The translations under genes were made by a program, and so were the position numbers. The notes beneath the pieces were generated by a model. It had not been told where the DNA came from and ran no database searches. It saw only the letters and a list, made by a program, of their open reading frames with translations. Below, piece after piece: positions 1 to 10,029 of a DNA stretch of 64,000 nucleotides. Location of the stretch: the NCBI GenBank assembly GCA_965197925.1, contig CBDAOC010000020.1, forward strand, positions 192,001 through 256,000, given 5' to 3'. The DNA comes from Nitrososphaerales archaeon. GTDB lineage: Archaea; Thermoproteota; Nitrososphaeria; Nitrososphaerales; UBA213. Position 1 is the first letter of the stretch. Every line of letters starts with the position of its first letter.

Positions 1-1
1 T

Positions 2-814
2 CAGGACAAATTTGATGTAGAATTGTTATTCCAATTGACTGATGATGAGAAATTTCTTTATGATGATGGTAAGAGCATGAATGAAATAAACAGATATGTA
101 TATGAGAATATTCTAGATATCATTGCGGTAGGTTTTGATCCCGGAAAGACAAGGATACTTATTGATACGAAGCATATAAACCATCTTTATCCAATTGCCC
201 TTGAAATAGCTAAGCTTACCACCTTCTCAACTGTAAAGGCCGTGTTTGGATTTCGGAATTCTACCAATATCGGTATGATTTCGTTTCCGGCAGTTCAAGC
301 AGCACCCTGCTTCCTACCATCGAAAATCGAAGAAAGAAATATCCCTTGTTTGATACCGGCAGCCATAGATCAGGATCCGTATTGGAGGGTTACTAGGGAT
401 ATAGCAGAGAAGATGGGCTACTATAAACCTGCACAGATACACTCGAAGTTCTTGCCTGGACTAGGAAAAAATGGAAAAATGTCTTCATCAAAACCGGAAA
501 CAGCAATATTTACCACTGATGACCCTGAAGTAATCGAGAAGAAAATATCAAGCTCTTTTACCGGAGGACAACCGACTATTGAATTACAAAGAAAGTTGGG
601 TGCGAATGCGGATATATGTCCTGTATTCTGGTATCTTCGTTACATGTTTGAGAATGAAAAGAGCTCGAATGAGCGTTATGTAAAATGCAAAGGAGGAGAT
701 TTGCTCTGCCATGAATGTAAGCATGATCTCAATAGTACTGTTAAACCTTATATGAAAGAATTCCAGAAAAAAAGAGAAAAGGCAAAAGATAAAGTAAACG
801 AATTCTTATTCTAA
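2..814 (+). CDS. trpS: Tryptophanyl-tRNA synthetase, archaeal type (5' end lies outside the window)
   Basis: FQLTDDEK, IPAAIDQDPY and KMSSS motifs; the frame is open from the window edge. Confidence 0.95.
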   Translation, partial: QDKFDVELLFQLTDDEKFLYDDGKSMNEINRYVYENILDIIAVGFDPGKTRILIDTKHINHLYPIALEIAKLTTFSTVKAVFGFRNSTNIGMISFPAVQAAPCFLPSKIEERNIPCLIPAAIDQDPYWRVTRDIAEKMGYYKPAQIHSKFLPGLGKNGKMSSSKPETAIFTTDDPEVIEKKISSSFTGGQPTIELQRKLGANADICPVFWYLRYMFENEKSSNERYVKCKGGDLLCHECKHDLNSTVKPYMKEFQKKREKAKDKVNEFLF

Positions 815-1285
815 TTAATGTTTAAGCAAATTACCTTCCCTATCTATTTCCCCACTTTTTATACGCGTCGAGGATATGCGTTTACCGTCTTTCGCGAGCA
901 CGAGGTCAACAATAATTACATCAACTACAGGTAGGCCCCTTTCGGCCCTCGTCTTGTTTAGTATCACACCTTTCTTTTTTGTTTCCTTACTCACGACCAA
1001 TGCTTCCACATCCTTTGTGTAGAGTGTCGGACCAAAATCTTCCTGCAACTTTCTTATTTCATATTTACTTCTTGGAAAAGAATTTTTTAACAATTTCTTA
1101 AGGTTAACAATTCTAATTTTGTAACTATTTCTTACACATTTACCACGTTGTGCAGCAAATGTATCTGTCGTGACTCCAATAATTACTGATTCACTAATGT
1201 TGAATGCGTGTCTCAATAATTCTACATGTCCCTTATGTAATATATCGAAAGTTCCGCCCATTGCTACTAGTTTATACTTACACAC
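815..1285 (-). CDS. coaD: Phosphopantetheine adenylyltransferase, archaeal type
   Basis: GGTFDILHKGH (HxGH) motif, LVVSKET, and C-terminal RISSTRI. Confidence 0.9.
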   Translation of the reverse strand: MCKYKLVAMGGTFDILHKGHVELLRHAFNISESVIIGVTTDTFAAQRGKCVRNSYKIRIVNLKKLLKNSFPRSKYEIRKLQEDFGPTLYTKDVEALVVSKETKKKGVILNKTRAERGLPVVDVIIVDLVLAKDGKRISSTRIKSGEIDREGNLLKH

Positions 1286-1393
1286 AACGATCTTTAACTA
1301 CGTTATAACAATTAACCATTTTCTAATAGCTTATAGGTATTGGTATACATTGTAAACTTGCACGATATATATTAATCACAGAAAAGATTTCTC

Positions 1394-2152
1394 ATGTATC
1401 CAAGTTGCAACGTAATGTCAAGAATAATGATAGTTCCCATAGTTGGACTCCTAATACTAGCCCAAGGAGCACATGCACATCATGTGGATGATAGGTTTGG
1501 CATATTCATATTGATAACACCACAAAAATACAATTTTGATACAGGAGAAACCGTAACTATAGATGGAGAGGTACATGCGTTAAGAAATGGCTCTCCCGTA
1601 CTGTTAAAAGTCTATAACTCCAAAAATTCTGCCTGCAGCTTTCAACAACTATCCCTAGAACATGATATGAAGTTCAAGGCTCAACCCATAATTCTTCTGG
1701 GTGACCTATGTAGTGTTGAGGGAGAATATAAAGTGACTGCACATTATGGTAGTGGAAGATCTTTAACAACGTTCAGTGTTGCTGGGTCTACTGAAGAAAT
1801 GGTGGTAGGTGAAGCAGAGGTGATAAATGCACAGATCGTCTCTAACTTTCTTAGAGTAGACAACAAGTACCCCATCGATATGAACTGGGCTACAAATGCA
1901 ATTCTTCTCAGGAGTAACATGAATCAAACATTAACGTTCTACATGATGTTAAATGAATTTGACGCAAATGAAATCGCAAATAAAATTTCCTATAGAGAAA
2001 TAAAACTTGAACCTTTCAAGAAGGAATATATAATTGCACCATTTGTCCCTCAGATCATCGATGGAAAACCTAATGGATATTTGCATGTGTTTGCATGGAC
2101 CTCATTGGAAAATCCAACGCCTCTTCATCCAGGACTTTACATACCGTATTAA
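1394..2152 (+). CDS. Secreted hypothetical protein with Ig-like domains and an S-layer-like C-terminus
   Basis: N-terminal signal peptide; C-terminal HVFAWTSLENPTPL resembles EIFVWESIDTPTAL at the end of the S-layer gene in this window. Confidence 0.6.
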   Translation: MYPSCNVMSRIMIVPIVGLLILAQGAHAHHVDDRFGIFILITPQKYNFDTGETVTIDGEVHALRNGSPVLLKVYNSKNSACSFQQLSLEHDMKFKAQPIILLGDLCSVEGEYKVTAHYGSGRSLTTFSVAGSTEEMVVGEAEVINAQIVSNFLRVDNKYPIDMNWATNAILLRSNMNQTLTFYMMLNEFDANEIANKISYREIKLEPFKKEYIIAPFVPQIIDGKPNGYLHVFAWTSLENPTPLHPGLYIPY

Positions 2153-2458
2153 TATCTGTTCAAAAACATATAATGCGGTATTGAGATAAAGAGAATGGGC
2201 TATTGACAATATTAAGAATAGGAAGAAATGGATATTCTTCAGAATGCTTTTGGGTCGAAATCTACAGTAATTAAGTTATCCTTTTTCATATGCGTAAAAG
2301 GATAAAGTGTATGATTATAGATACCCAGTTTTAATGTGGAAAGTTCTAAAAACTAGCCTGCCAGGAACAAGTGTTAAATTAGCTCTAACGAAGAATGTAT
2401 TAATGCTAGTGTTTAAAATAATTTTTCTTCGGTAACAATTGAAATTGGTCTTAAAATA

Positions 2459-2591
2459 TGGACTGGGAGGGATTTGAACCCTCGACCTCTCGTGGACCAT
2501 GGATTTATCCATAAAATCTTCCGCGTGCAAGGCGGACCTTAGCGGATTTGAAATTCATTCAAATCCTGTTCTACCCCTGAACTACCAGCCC
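2459..2591 (-). tRNA. tRNA-Ala(UGC) with two non-canonical introns (25/26 at 2538-2567; 43/44 at 2489-2519)
   Basis: Acceptor stem GGGCTGG/CCAGTCC-A with G3:U70; anticodon arm TCCGC-CTTGCAC-GCGGA; T arm GAGGG-TTCAAAT-CCCTC; removing the 30- and 31-nt hairpin inserts leaves a 72-nt cloverleaf. Confidence 0.9.
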
Positions 2592-2632
2592 ATGGATGTA
2601 TTGCATTTCGATAATGATTTAAGTGTTTATTG

Positions 2633-2791
2633 TTAAAAAAAATCCTCTTTTAGAGGATTCAGAAATATTGTGTCGTTACAATCATCCAAATGCTCCTTGA
2701 TTTCTTCTCTAGTGTTTAGATCAGTACAGCATGAGATACAGTGATATACACCAAAAACTTCTTTTTCACATCTATCGCATTGTTCACTCAT
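2633..2791 (-). CDS. Small Cys/His-rich putative zinc-finger protein (52 aa)
   Basis: Hand translation MSEQCDRCEKEVFGVYHCISCCTDLNTREEIKEHLDDCNDTIFLNPLKEDFF; CxxC plus C-x2-C-x12-H-x3-C; below the ORF-track cutoff. Confidence 0.55.
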   Translation of the reverse strand: MSEQCDRCEKEVFGVYHCISCCTDLNTREEIKEHLDDCNDTIFLNPLKEDFF

Positions 2792-2880
2792 GAAATAACC
2801 AGACTGAAGGTTTCTTATGTCTTAGCGGGTCAGATAATCTTCGCTTTCTACTTTGCTAAAAGTTTCGTACCTTTTGACAA

Positions 2881-2890
2881 ATATAAATAT
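2881..2890 (+). promoter_or_regulatory. Putative TATA box of tRNA-Ile
   Basis: ATATAAATAT about 25 nt upstream of the tRNA 5' end. Confidence 0.5.
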
Positions 2891-2910
2891 CGGTCAGATT
2901 CTGAAATGTT

Positions 2911-3003
2911 GGGCCTGTAGCTCAGCTTGGCTGGAGCGTTCGGCTGATAACCGAAATGTTATCGACACGGGATAGGTCATGGGTTCGAATCCCATTAGGC
3001 CCA
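2911..3003 (+). tRNA. tRNA-Ile(GAU) with an 18-nt non-canonical intron at 43/44 (2956-2973)
   Basis: Acceptor stem GGGCCTG/TAGGCCC-A; anticodon arm TTCGG-CTGATAA-CCGAA; T loop TTCGAAT; the insert folds as a relaxed BHB. Confidence 0.92.
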
Positions 3004-3176
3004 CAATATTATAAATACAAATAAGATAATAATCTATAATAATACGGAAAAAGTTTTTAGCAAAAAGTAATACAGCCCGCTAGCAGTATTCTTGTATGGA
3101 CTTTGCATCAGAGAGTAGGAAACAACATCCAATCAGATTGGAATTCCTCAATAAGTTCAAATTCTTATAATTATTA

Positions 3177-4243
3177 GAGAATGGGTATAATTAATAATAA
3201 TATTTCGATATTGTTTCTTTAACTTCCCAGTATGTGTTTCAATGGTCTCAGAGCTCTTCCTGTCAAATTGTAGTATACTATCAACTAGTATTGCAATATA
3301 GAAATCAGAACGATGCTCGTAGCTTTATCAAATCCTTAAACAGGTAATGGATCTATCAAATACATCCTTTATATGCTCTGCCAATGGTTGAGCGCTTATG
3401 CTTTGCGAATTTACATACTACCCAAATTCAGATTGATAGAACTGTAATAATGCTAGCCTATCATGCTTTGTATGCTTGTAACTTCTTTCTATAGGGAATA
3501 CAAGGAACACTTTACTTGCTGAACTGATATAATTCATGGTTATCATATCCCTCATCTACAGCAACGTACCTAATTCCTTCTGGCAATAATGATGTAATAC
3601 CCGATAAATATTATCATTATGAATATTGGTTATAGTGAGGTCAACAGATAATGGTACAATCAATGAACCTATACTAGATGTCATATCCACCTTGTATCCA
3701 AGTATCCATCACTTGGTTTTGCCGTAGCCCCACTTGTATTTGGATCTATTCCAGGGTATGGATTAATATCCTTCATCATGCTTGATTTGTGCCATACATG
3801 TCCATTATTCTATAAGCATCTATCAACAGATACAATGAATGGATCCACCAATCCTTCTCTTACAAACAGAAGTGTCATTACATCTATTCTTGACTTTATG
3901 TCATATTATATCGTCTTAAACCTTCTGTTGAAAGTTCTTCTGTTAGGCAATCTACCAAGACCACATGATTTCATTACTCTTGTTGTATTCAATGTTTAAA
4001 AAAATATTGATGTAATAGATTGTTGCTAGGAAGTCCTAGCCACATTGGTAAGATGAAGCACCTAAGCATTACTATTGGTGAATATTAGAAGGGTCTACTT
4101 CTTTTCCTATTAGGTTTTGGTCAAGGAATCACACCAATTAAAGATAATATACGAAGAAGTATCGAGTCTGAGTTACACATATCAACAATAAAAACTGGAA
4201 ATTGTTCTTATCGTTTCGAGTTACTTAATTACCCCCAAGCCTC
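3177..4243 (-). mobile_element. Degenerate DDE insertion sequence, same family as 22348-23436
   Basis: Colinear similarity to 22348-23436; right end AATTACCCCCAAGCCTC, eroded left end GAGAATGGGTATAATT; transposase full of stops and frameshifts. Confidence 0.85.
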
Positions 4244-4525
4244 AGTTAGCTACAAACTATATTTTTGAAAAGTGATCCTTAAGACATAGAACAAATAGAA
4301 TAAGAATATAGGAAATTGTCACGTATACAAAGTATATGTATATCTCTTCCAAGATGTGCTTGTAAGAAAATTCATGAACTTTGCATGTATGGTGCGACGG
4401 AATCCTGCAAGAAATAAACATCTTAATTATTCTCAGTTTTCACTTTAGGTAGAATATTTTAGGGAGAAATGCAAATTCAAGTAGTAACTTAAATACCTGA
4501 AACATAAAATTTTCTATGAAATCAA

Positions 4526-6385
4526 TTGTTACCTAGCGTAACTGAATTCCTTGGATTGTTGGTCCTACTCCTTGGAGGAGCAATGGTTGGGGCTGCACTT
4601 ATTAAAAAAATTCGTTATCCCCCTGTTCTTGGTTTTATTCTTATAGGCGTAGCCATCGGACCCTTTGGCTTTGGGGTAATAACAGATCTTGAACTTGTTG
4701 ATCTGTTAGCAGAATTTGGGATAGTAATTCTACTTTTTGTGGTCGGTCTTGAATTCAGCATTGGTAAGTTGAGGGAAGTTGGAGGTACAGCTCTCATAAT
4801 TGGTTTGATCGAACAATCCATCATGTTCTTTGTAGGTTTCATAATTGGTTCTCTGTTAGGGTGGAGTATAACAGAATCACTCTACTTGGCAGGCGTTCTC
4901 GCTATTAGCAGTACTGCAATTGCAATAAAATTACTGAAGGATGTCGGCATACTACATACAAAAGAAGCAGGTACGGTTATTGGTACATTAATCATAGAAG
5001 ACCTTACGGCAATACTAATACTAGCTATACTTACAAACGTTAGTAGCGGGGATGTGGGGATATTCGAGGTCTCTATAACCGCAGCAGAGACCATAGCATT
5101 TTTCATTATTACGCTAGGAATAGGACTAAAGGTTGTGCCGAAGATAATAGAAACCGTCGATAGACTTGATATCGATGAGGCTCCATTCTTGACAGCTTTA
5201 GCATTAGGATTTGGTCTTGCATTCCTAGCAAATTATTTGGGACTAAGCACAGCCATCGGAGCCTTCCTAATGGGTATGATGATAGCATCTGCTCCTAAAG
5301 CAGATGCAATAAAAAACAAAATTGTTCCATTACACGACTTTTTCGTCACAATATTTTTTGTATCGATAGGTATGCTGATCAACATTAGTTTATTTCCAGA
5401 TTATGTGTGGATATCGATCCCAATCATCTTAGTGGCAATAATAGGCAAATTTACAGGGAATTTCTTGGGGGCATTTCTCTCAGGGCATAGTAGGGAGGGA
5501 GCTGCAACTGTAGGTATAATAATGGTTCCAAGAGGAGAGTTTTCTTTTATCATTGCCAAACAAGGCATAGACCTGAATGCTGTTAGAGAAGCAATCTTTC
5601 CTATTACAATGTTAGTATCTTTTGTAAGCATAGTTGTTGTACCAATTCTAATGAGAATTCTCCCAACTATCAGGGACTCAAGAACAATTATCCCTACTCG
5701 ATTGTTTACTCCCTTGGAGCTATTAGGCACTTTATTCAGGAACTTTATGCTAAGCTTCCAGCAGAGGGAAAGTGTCAAAGAAGCTATGCATATCATCATA
5801 CCAAAAATGGTAATAAATATTGCTATAATAGCAGCTTTACTCTCTGCACTTTCACTAACAGATCCCTACGTTCTTAGACTGTACCAGACTTTTTCGTCAT
5901 TACAAATAGTAACATATGAAATATTCAAACTATTGCTCACTGTGGTCGTTTTAGCATATCCAATCATAAGTATTTTTGGTAAAACTGGAAAGATTACGGA
6001 ATCACTGTTTGACTCTACCCAAAGCAGGATTATTAAAGCTCCTATACACATTGGTGGGATGAACTATGTCCATAGAATTATCAGGAATGTTGTAACTGGT
6101 GTAGCAGTATTATTGGTATCAAGTTTTATTACACCATCAGTTTCTGTAATTACCGATATTGATATGATATTGCCTATATCGTCATTCGTTACACTCGCAG
6201 TTTTTGTCTATCTCCTGTCGGATACATTCTTTGTGATTAATAGAAGAATGGAACGAGGCATAATTACATCATTATTAAATCCTATAGTAGACACAAAGGA
6301 ACAGGAAGTGGTCCCCAAAAAAAGAGAACTGCAAGATGGAGACGAAAAGTGGAAAGAAAGTTCTGACAAAGAACTAGGTCTATAA
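4526..6385 (+). CDS. Cation:proton antiporter (CPA2/KefB-like) with extra C-terminal membrane segments
   Basis: LLFVVGLEFS, AISSTAI, IIEDL and PRGEFSF motifs; highly hydrophobic. Confidence 0.9.
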   Translation: MLPSVTEFLGLLVLLLGGAMVGAALIKKIRYPPVLGFILIGVAIGPFGFGVITDLELVDLLAEFGIVILLFVVGLEFSIGKLREVGGTALIIGLIEQSIMFFVGFIIGSLLGWSITESLYLAGVLAISSTAIAIKLLKDVGILHTKEAGTVIGTLIIEDLTAILILAILTNVSSGDVGIFEVSITAAETIAFFIITLGIGLKVVPKIIETVDRLDIDEAPFLTALALGFGLAFLANYLGLSTAIGAFLMGMMIASAPKADAIKNKIVPLHDFFVTIFFVSIGMLINISLFPDYVWISIPIILVAIIGKFTGNFLGAFLSGHSREGAATVGIIMVPRGEFSFIIAKQGIDLNAVREAIFPITMLVSFVSIVVVPILMRILPTIRDSRTIIPTRLFTPLELLGTLFRNFMLSFQQRESVKEAMHIIIPKMVINIAIIAALLSALSLTDPYVLRLYQTFSSLQIVTYEIFKLLLTVVVLAYPIISIFGKTGKITESLFDSTQSRIIKAPIHIGGMNYVHRIIRNVVTGVAVLLVSSFITPSVSVITDIDMILPISSFVTLAVFVYLLSDTFFVINRRMERGIITSLLNPIVDTKEQEVVPKKRELQDGDEKWKESSDKELGL

Positions 6386-6386
6386 C

Positions 6387-7328
6387 TTACTGTTTGGATT
6401 TCTTATACAATTCTTCAGCCCACTGTACCACTGAGTCTAGGTTATTGACATAAAGGTCAGCTCCTAGTTCATTAACCTGTTCATCTTCTATATCGATAGC
6501 GTCACCTTCCACAAGGATAAACATTTTTTTGTTGAATTTTGATCTAATAGATTTTATTGTCTCACTTGTACTCCGGAGATGTTCTTTTTTCATTATGGAT
6601 ATACCCAGTATCATTAACCCTCTTCGAGTTTTCCAAATATTGTTCAGGAACTTTAATAGATCAATGTCAAACAACAGATCCGTTTCCGATGCTATACTTC
6701 CCAAAAAGTAAGAATTCCATCCTTTTACGTAGAATGCCACTGATATTATCTTTGGATTTACAGTGGCCGATTCTCCCTGCGCGCTCATGAAAACAGTATA
6801 TGCGTTTGGTTTAATGTTATCTCGTGGAGAATTAAATTTTATTAGATCTATAGACTCGCTGATCAAATTACCTATGAACACAGATTCACTAATGGTGATC
6901 CTCCCTCTCTTGTATAACTCGTAAGTAGTGTTTAGGGCGGGAGTTATGACAGAAGAAAGAAGTTCTATAGTATCCAGGCCTGAATGTAAAACGTTAACTA
7001 TTATTCTCCTCGCTTCACCTTCAGAATGAGCCAATACGGCATTCAAATACCTCTGATGAACCTCAAGGATATCAATGGGTAGCTCGAATTCAGTAACTCC
7101 CTCAGCAAGATGCCAAACATTTACTGAACCTACCTCCTTCTTTTTTACCAACCCAATGGTCTGCAAAATATTAAGATACTTAGCAAGGGTAATCCTGTTG
7201 ACACCGATCTTTTTAGCCATCTCTACTCCTGAAAGACCAGTATCAATGTCCTCAAGAGCTTCGATAATCTTGTGTTTAATCTCCTGGTGGGAATATCTTT
7301 TCAATATGTTGATATTGCTAATGAACAT
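6387..7328 (-). CDS. HTH transcriptional regulator with cap and B12-binding-like (Rossmann) domains
   Basis: N-terminal HTH (LSGVEMAKKIGVNRITLAKYL), four-helix cap (ITPALNTTYELYKRGRIT), C-terminal LGADLY; exact start uncertain. Confidence 0.7.
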   Translation of the reverse strand: MFISNINILKRYSHQEIKHKIIEALEDIDTGLSGVEMAKKIGVNRITLAKYLNILQTIGLVKKKEVGSVNVWHLAEGVTEFELPIDILEVHQRYLNAVLAHSEGEARRIIVNVLHSGLDTIELLSSVITPALNTTYELYKRGRITISESVFIGNLISESIDLIKFNSPRDNIKPNAYTVFMSAQGESATVNPKIISVAFYVKGWNSYFLGSIASETDLLFDIDLLKFLNNIWKTRRGLMILGISIMKKEHLRSTSETIKSIRSKFNKKMFILVEGDAIDIEDEQVNELGADLYVNNLDSVVQWAEELYKKSKQ

Positions 7329-7612
7329 GATAAAAGCTTATCAATGGTGATTAACATAAGTATCCGAGAAAACAACAATACATCAAACAGAGCCGATTTT
7401 TCAGGTGGATGGCTGATTATTCCCTAAAGGGCATTTCTAGGATGTTATCCTTACACTTAGAATTGAAGAATGTAAAGTAAGGCATGAGTCAGGTGCTAAT
7501 CCCGTATGGGATAGCATTTTTAGATCATTGTAAACAAAAAATGGCTTTGATCTGATGTACTCAAACACTAGTAGATATTTATTTTGGAGTGCAAGTCTCT
7601 GCATAGAGAGTC

Positions 7613-9427
7613 GTGTTGGAAGGCAAGTTAGTGCTAGACACAAGCATAATCATCGGTGTTAGAATATCGGAGATGCTTGAATTAGGAGAGATAGAAAATG
7701 CAGAAATAATAATCCCCCTTGCCGTTCTTGATGAACTGCAGGCACAAGCATCCACAAACAGGGAGACTGGATTTGTTGGACTTGCAGAGATAAAGAAGAT
7801 AAGGGAACTCTGCAAGGATGGAGGAGTAACTATACGGTATACTGGAGAGAGGCCTAGTATGGATGACATAAAATTAGCAAGGCATGGTCGAATAGATGCT
7901 CTGATAAAGGACGTAGCAAAAAATGAGGATGCTACACTAGTAACTGCGGACCGCGTACAAGCATTAGTTGCAGAGGCTGAAGGTATAAACTCCAAATATA
8001 TGAGCCCGCCAATGAAGGTAACAAATCTCTCCTTTGAAAAATTCTTCGACAACGAAACTATGAGTGTGCATCTTAAGGAGGGCGTTACCCCAATGGCAAA
8101 GCGTGGCAAACCGGGTAATGTTCAACTTGTTAGATTAAGCGAAGAAAAAAGTTCCTATAATGAATTAAATCAGATAGTTAGAGAGGTATATGAAGCCTCA
8201 AGAGTTAGTGGGTTTGGTTCTACCGAGATAAATAGAAATGGTGCTACAGTTATACAACTTGACAGATATAGGATAGCAGTAACAAAACAACCATTTTCAG
8301 ACGGACTAGAAATTACTCTTGTAAGACCTATCGTAAGATTGACTCTTGAAGATTATAGTGTGCCCAGCAAGCTCTTAGATAGGTTGGAGGGTAAAGACGA
8401 GGGTGTGATGATTGCCGGACCTCCAGGATCTGGGAAAAGTACTCTTGCCAGCAGTCTAGCAGATTTTTATGCATCACATGGAAAGATTGTCAAGACATTC
8501 GAATCGCCGAGAGATCTTCAGGTGAGCGAACATGTGACTCAGTACTCCCCCTTAGAGGGAAGTTTCGATAAGGCTGCCGAAATCTTGCTTCTAGTAAGAC
8601 CAGACTACACAATATTCGACGAGGTTAGAAAGGCAAACGACTTTCTTGTCTTCACAGACATGCGTCTTGCCGGTGTAGGCATGGTTGGAGTGATACATGC
8701 GAGCAGCCCATTAGACGCTGTCCAGAGATTTATTGGAAAGGTAGACTTGGGTATGATACCCCACATTCTTGATACAATAATATTTGTGAAGGAGGGAAGG
8801 ATAGAAAAAGTGTATGAGCTGGATTTGACTGTCAGAGTTCCTACTGGTATGATGGAACAGGATCTTGCAAGGCCAGTAATTAATGTAAGAGATTTTGAGA
8901 CAGGAAAATTGGAGTATGAAATTTATACTTTCGGGGAGGAAAATGTTGTAGTGCCCATAACGAAGGAGTCTAATGGGTATGGCATTCGAAAGCTTGCGGA
9001 AGATAGGATATTGGAGTTTATTAGAAGATTTGATAAAAATGCTGAAGTTGAAATAACTGCCAAGAATAAAGCTGTTGTAAAAGTTGAGCAATCAGCTATA
9101 CCAATTCTTATCGGCAAGGGGGGTTCTACTATAAATGAATTAGAGAAGATCTTAGGTATCAAAATAGATGTTGAACCAAAACTGAAATCATTAGGAAAAG
9201 ATGTGCATTTTGATATTAGTGAAGTGGGGAATTCCGTTAACATATTATTTGGTGATGAAACTATAGGAAAATCAGTTGATATTTATGTTGATAGTGAATA
9301 TCTTTTCTCTGCAATGGTGGGAAAAAAGGGGAGGATAAGAGTGTCAAAAAAAGCCGATGTTGGTAAGAAGATCATTAATGCCTTGATTACAGGAATACCA
9401 TTAAGGGTTATTACGCAAGTTCGGTAG
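7613..9427 (+). CDS. PIN-domain ATPase with KH domain (PINA family)
   Basis: PIN domain VLDTS, Walker A GPPGSGKS, DEVR, and KH motif IGKGG. Confidence 0.92.
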   Translation: MLEGKLVLDTSIIIGVRISEMLELGEIENAEIIIPLAVLDELQAQASTNRETGFVGLAEIKKIRELCKDGGVTIRYTGERPSMDDIKLARHGRIDALIKDVAKNEDATLVTADRVQALVAEAEGINSKYMSPPMKVTNLSFEKFFDNETMSVHLKEGVTPMAKRGKPGNVQLVRLSEEKSSYNELNQIVREVYEASRVSGFGSTEINRNGATVIQLDRYRIAVTKQPFSDGLEITLVRPIVRLTLEDYSVPSKLLDRLEGKDEGVMIAGPPGSGKSTLASSLADFYASHGKIVKTFESPRDLQVSEHVTQYSPLEGSFDKAAEILLLVRPDYTIFDEVRKANDFLVFTDMRLAGVGMVGVIHASSPLDAVQRFIGKVDLGMIPHILDTIIFVKEGRIEKVYELDLTVRVPTGMMEQDLARPVINVRDFETGKLEYEIYTFGEENVVVPITKESNGYGIRKLAEDRILEFIRRFDKNAEVEITAKNKAVVKVEQSAIPILIGKGGSTINELEKILGIKIDVEPKLKSLGKDVHFDISEVGNSVNILFGDETIGKSVDIYVDSEYLFSAMVGKKGRIRVSKKADVGKKIINALITGIPLRVITQVR

Positions 9428-9457
9428 ACATTTATCGTTTGGTTCGGAAATTAATTT

Positions 9458-10029
9458 ATGGTTATCAAGATTGATACATCTTGTGTGTTACTAATAATCG
9501 ATTTACAGAATGATTTCATGCCAAGTGGATCTTTGCCCTTGCCCGATTCTGATAAAATTATTCCGGTTCTAAACAGGTATATCGACCTTTTTGAAAAACA
9601 TAAGTTGCTCATATACGCTATTAGAGACTGGCACCCGCCTAATCACATCTCGTTAAGACAGTATGGTGGCATATGGTCGATGCATTGTGTCAAGGATACT
9701 ATAGGAGCAGGATTTCCTGCCGGATTGATTCTACCAAGAAGGACTGCAAAAATCTCCAGGGGGTATGAGTATGACAAGTTGGGATATTCTGCTTTTGAGG
9801 ATAAGGAGCTTGTCGAAAACTTGAAGAAAATAAGATCAAGCGATTGTTAGTCGGTGGCATTGCAACAGACTATTGTGTCAAATCTACTGTGTTAGATGCG
9901 TGTAGGCTTGGTCTTGAGGTTATAGTATTGCAAGACGCTGTAAAAGGGGTAAAGAATAGTGATACAGCTATAAATGAGATGCAAAGTAAGGGTGTTAAGA
10001 TAGCCAAAATAGACGAAATAGTATTCTGA
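9458..10029 (+). pseudogene. pncA: Nicotinamidase/isochorismatase family, frameshifted
   Basis: IDLQNDF, DWHP, HCV and YSAF in the first ORF, GIATDYCV in the second; one added A in the AAGAAAAT run near 9830 would rejoin them. Confidence 0.85.

Noticed and set aside
2315..2530. 71-aa ORF
   Set aside because: Overlaps the tRNA-Ala gene on the same strand; spurious.
7492..7518. Riboswitch (GGTGCTAATCCC-GTAT-GGGATAGCATT hairpin)
   Set aside because: Only an isolated hairpin; other SAM-I or cobalamin riboswitch elements are not recognisable.
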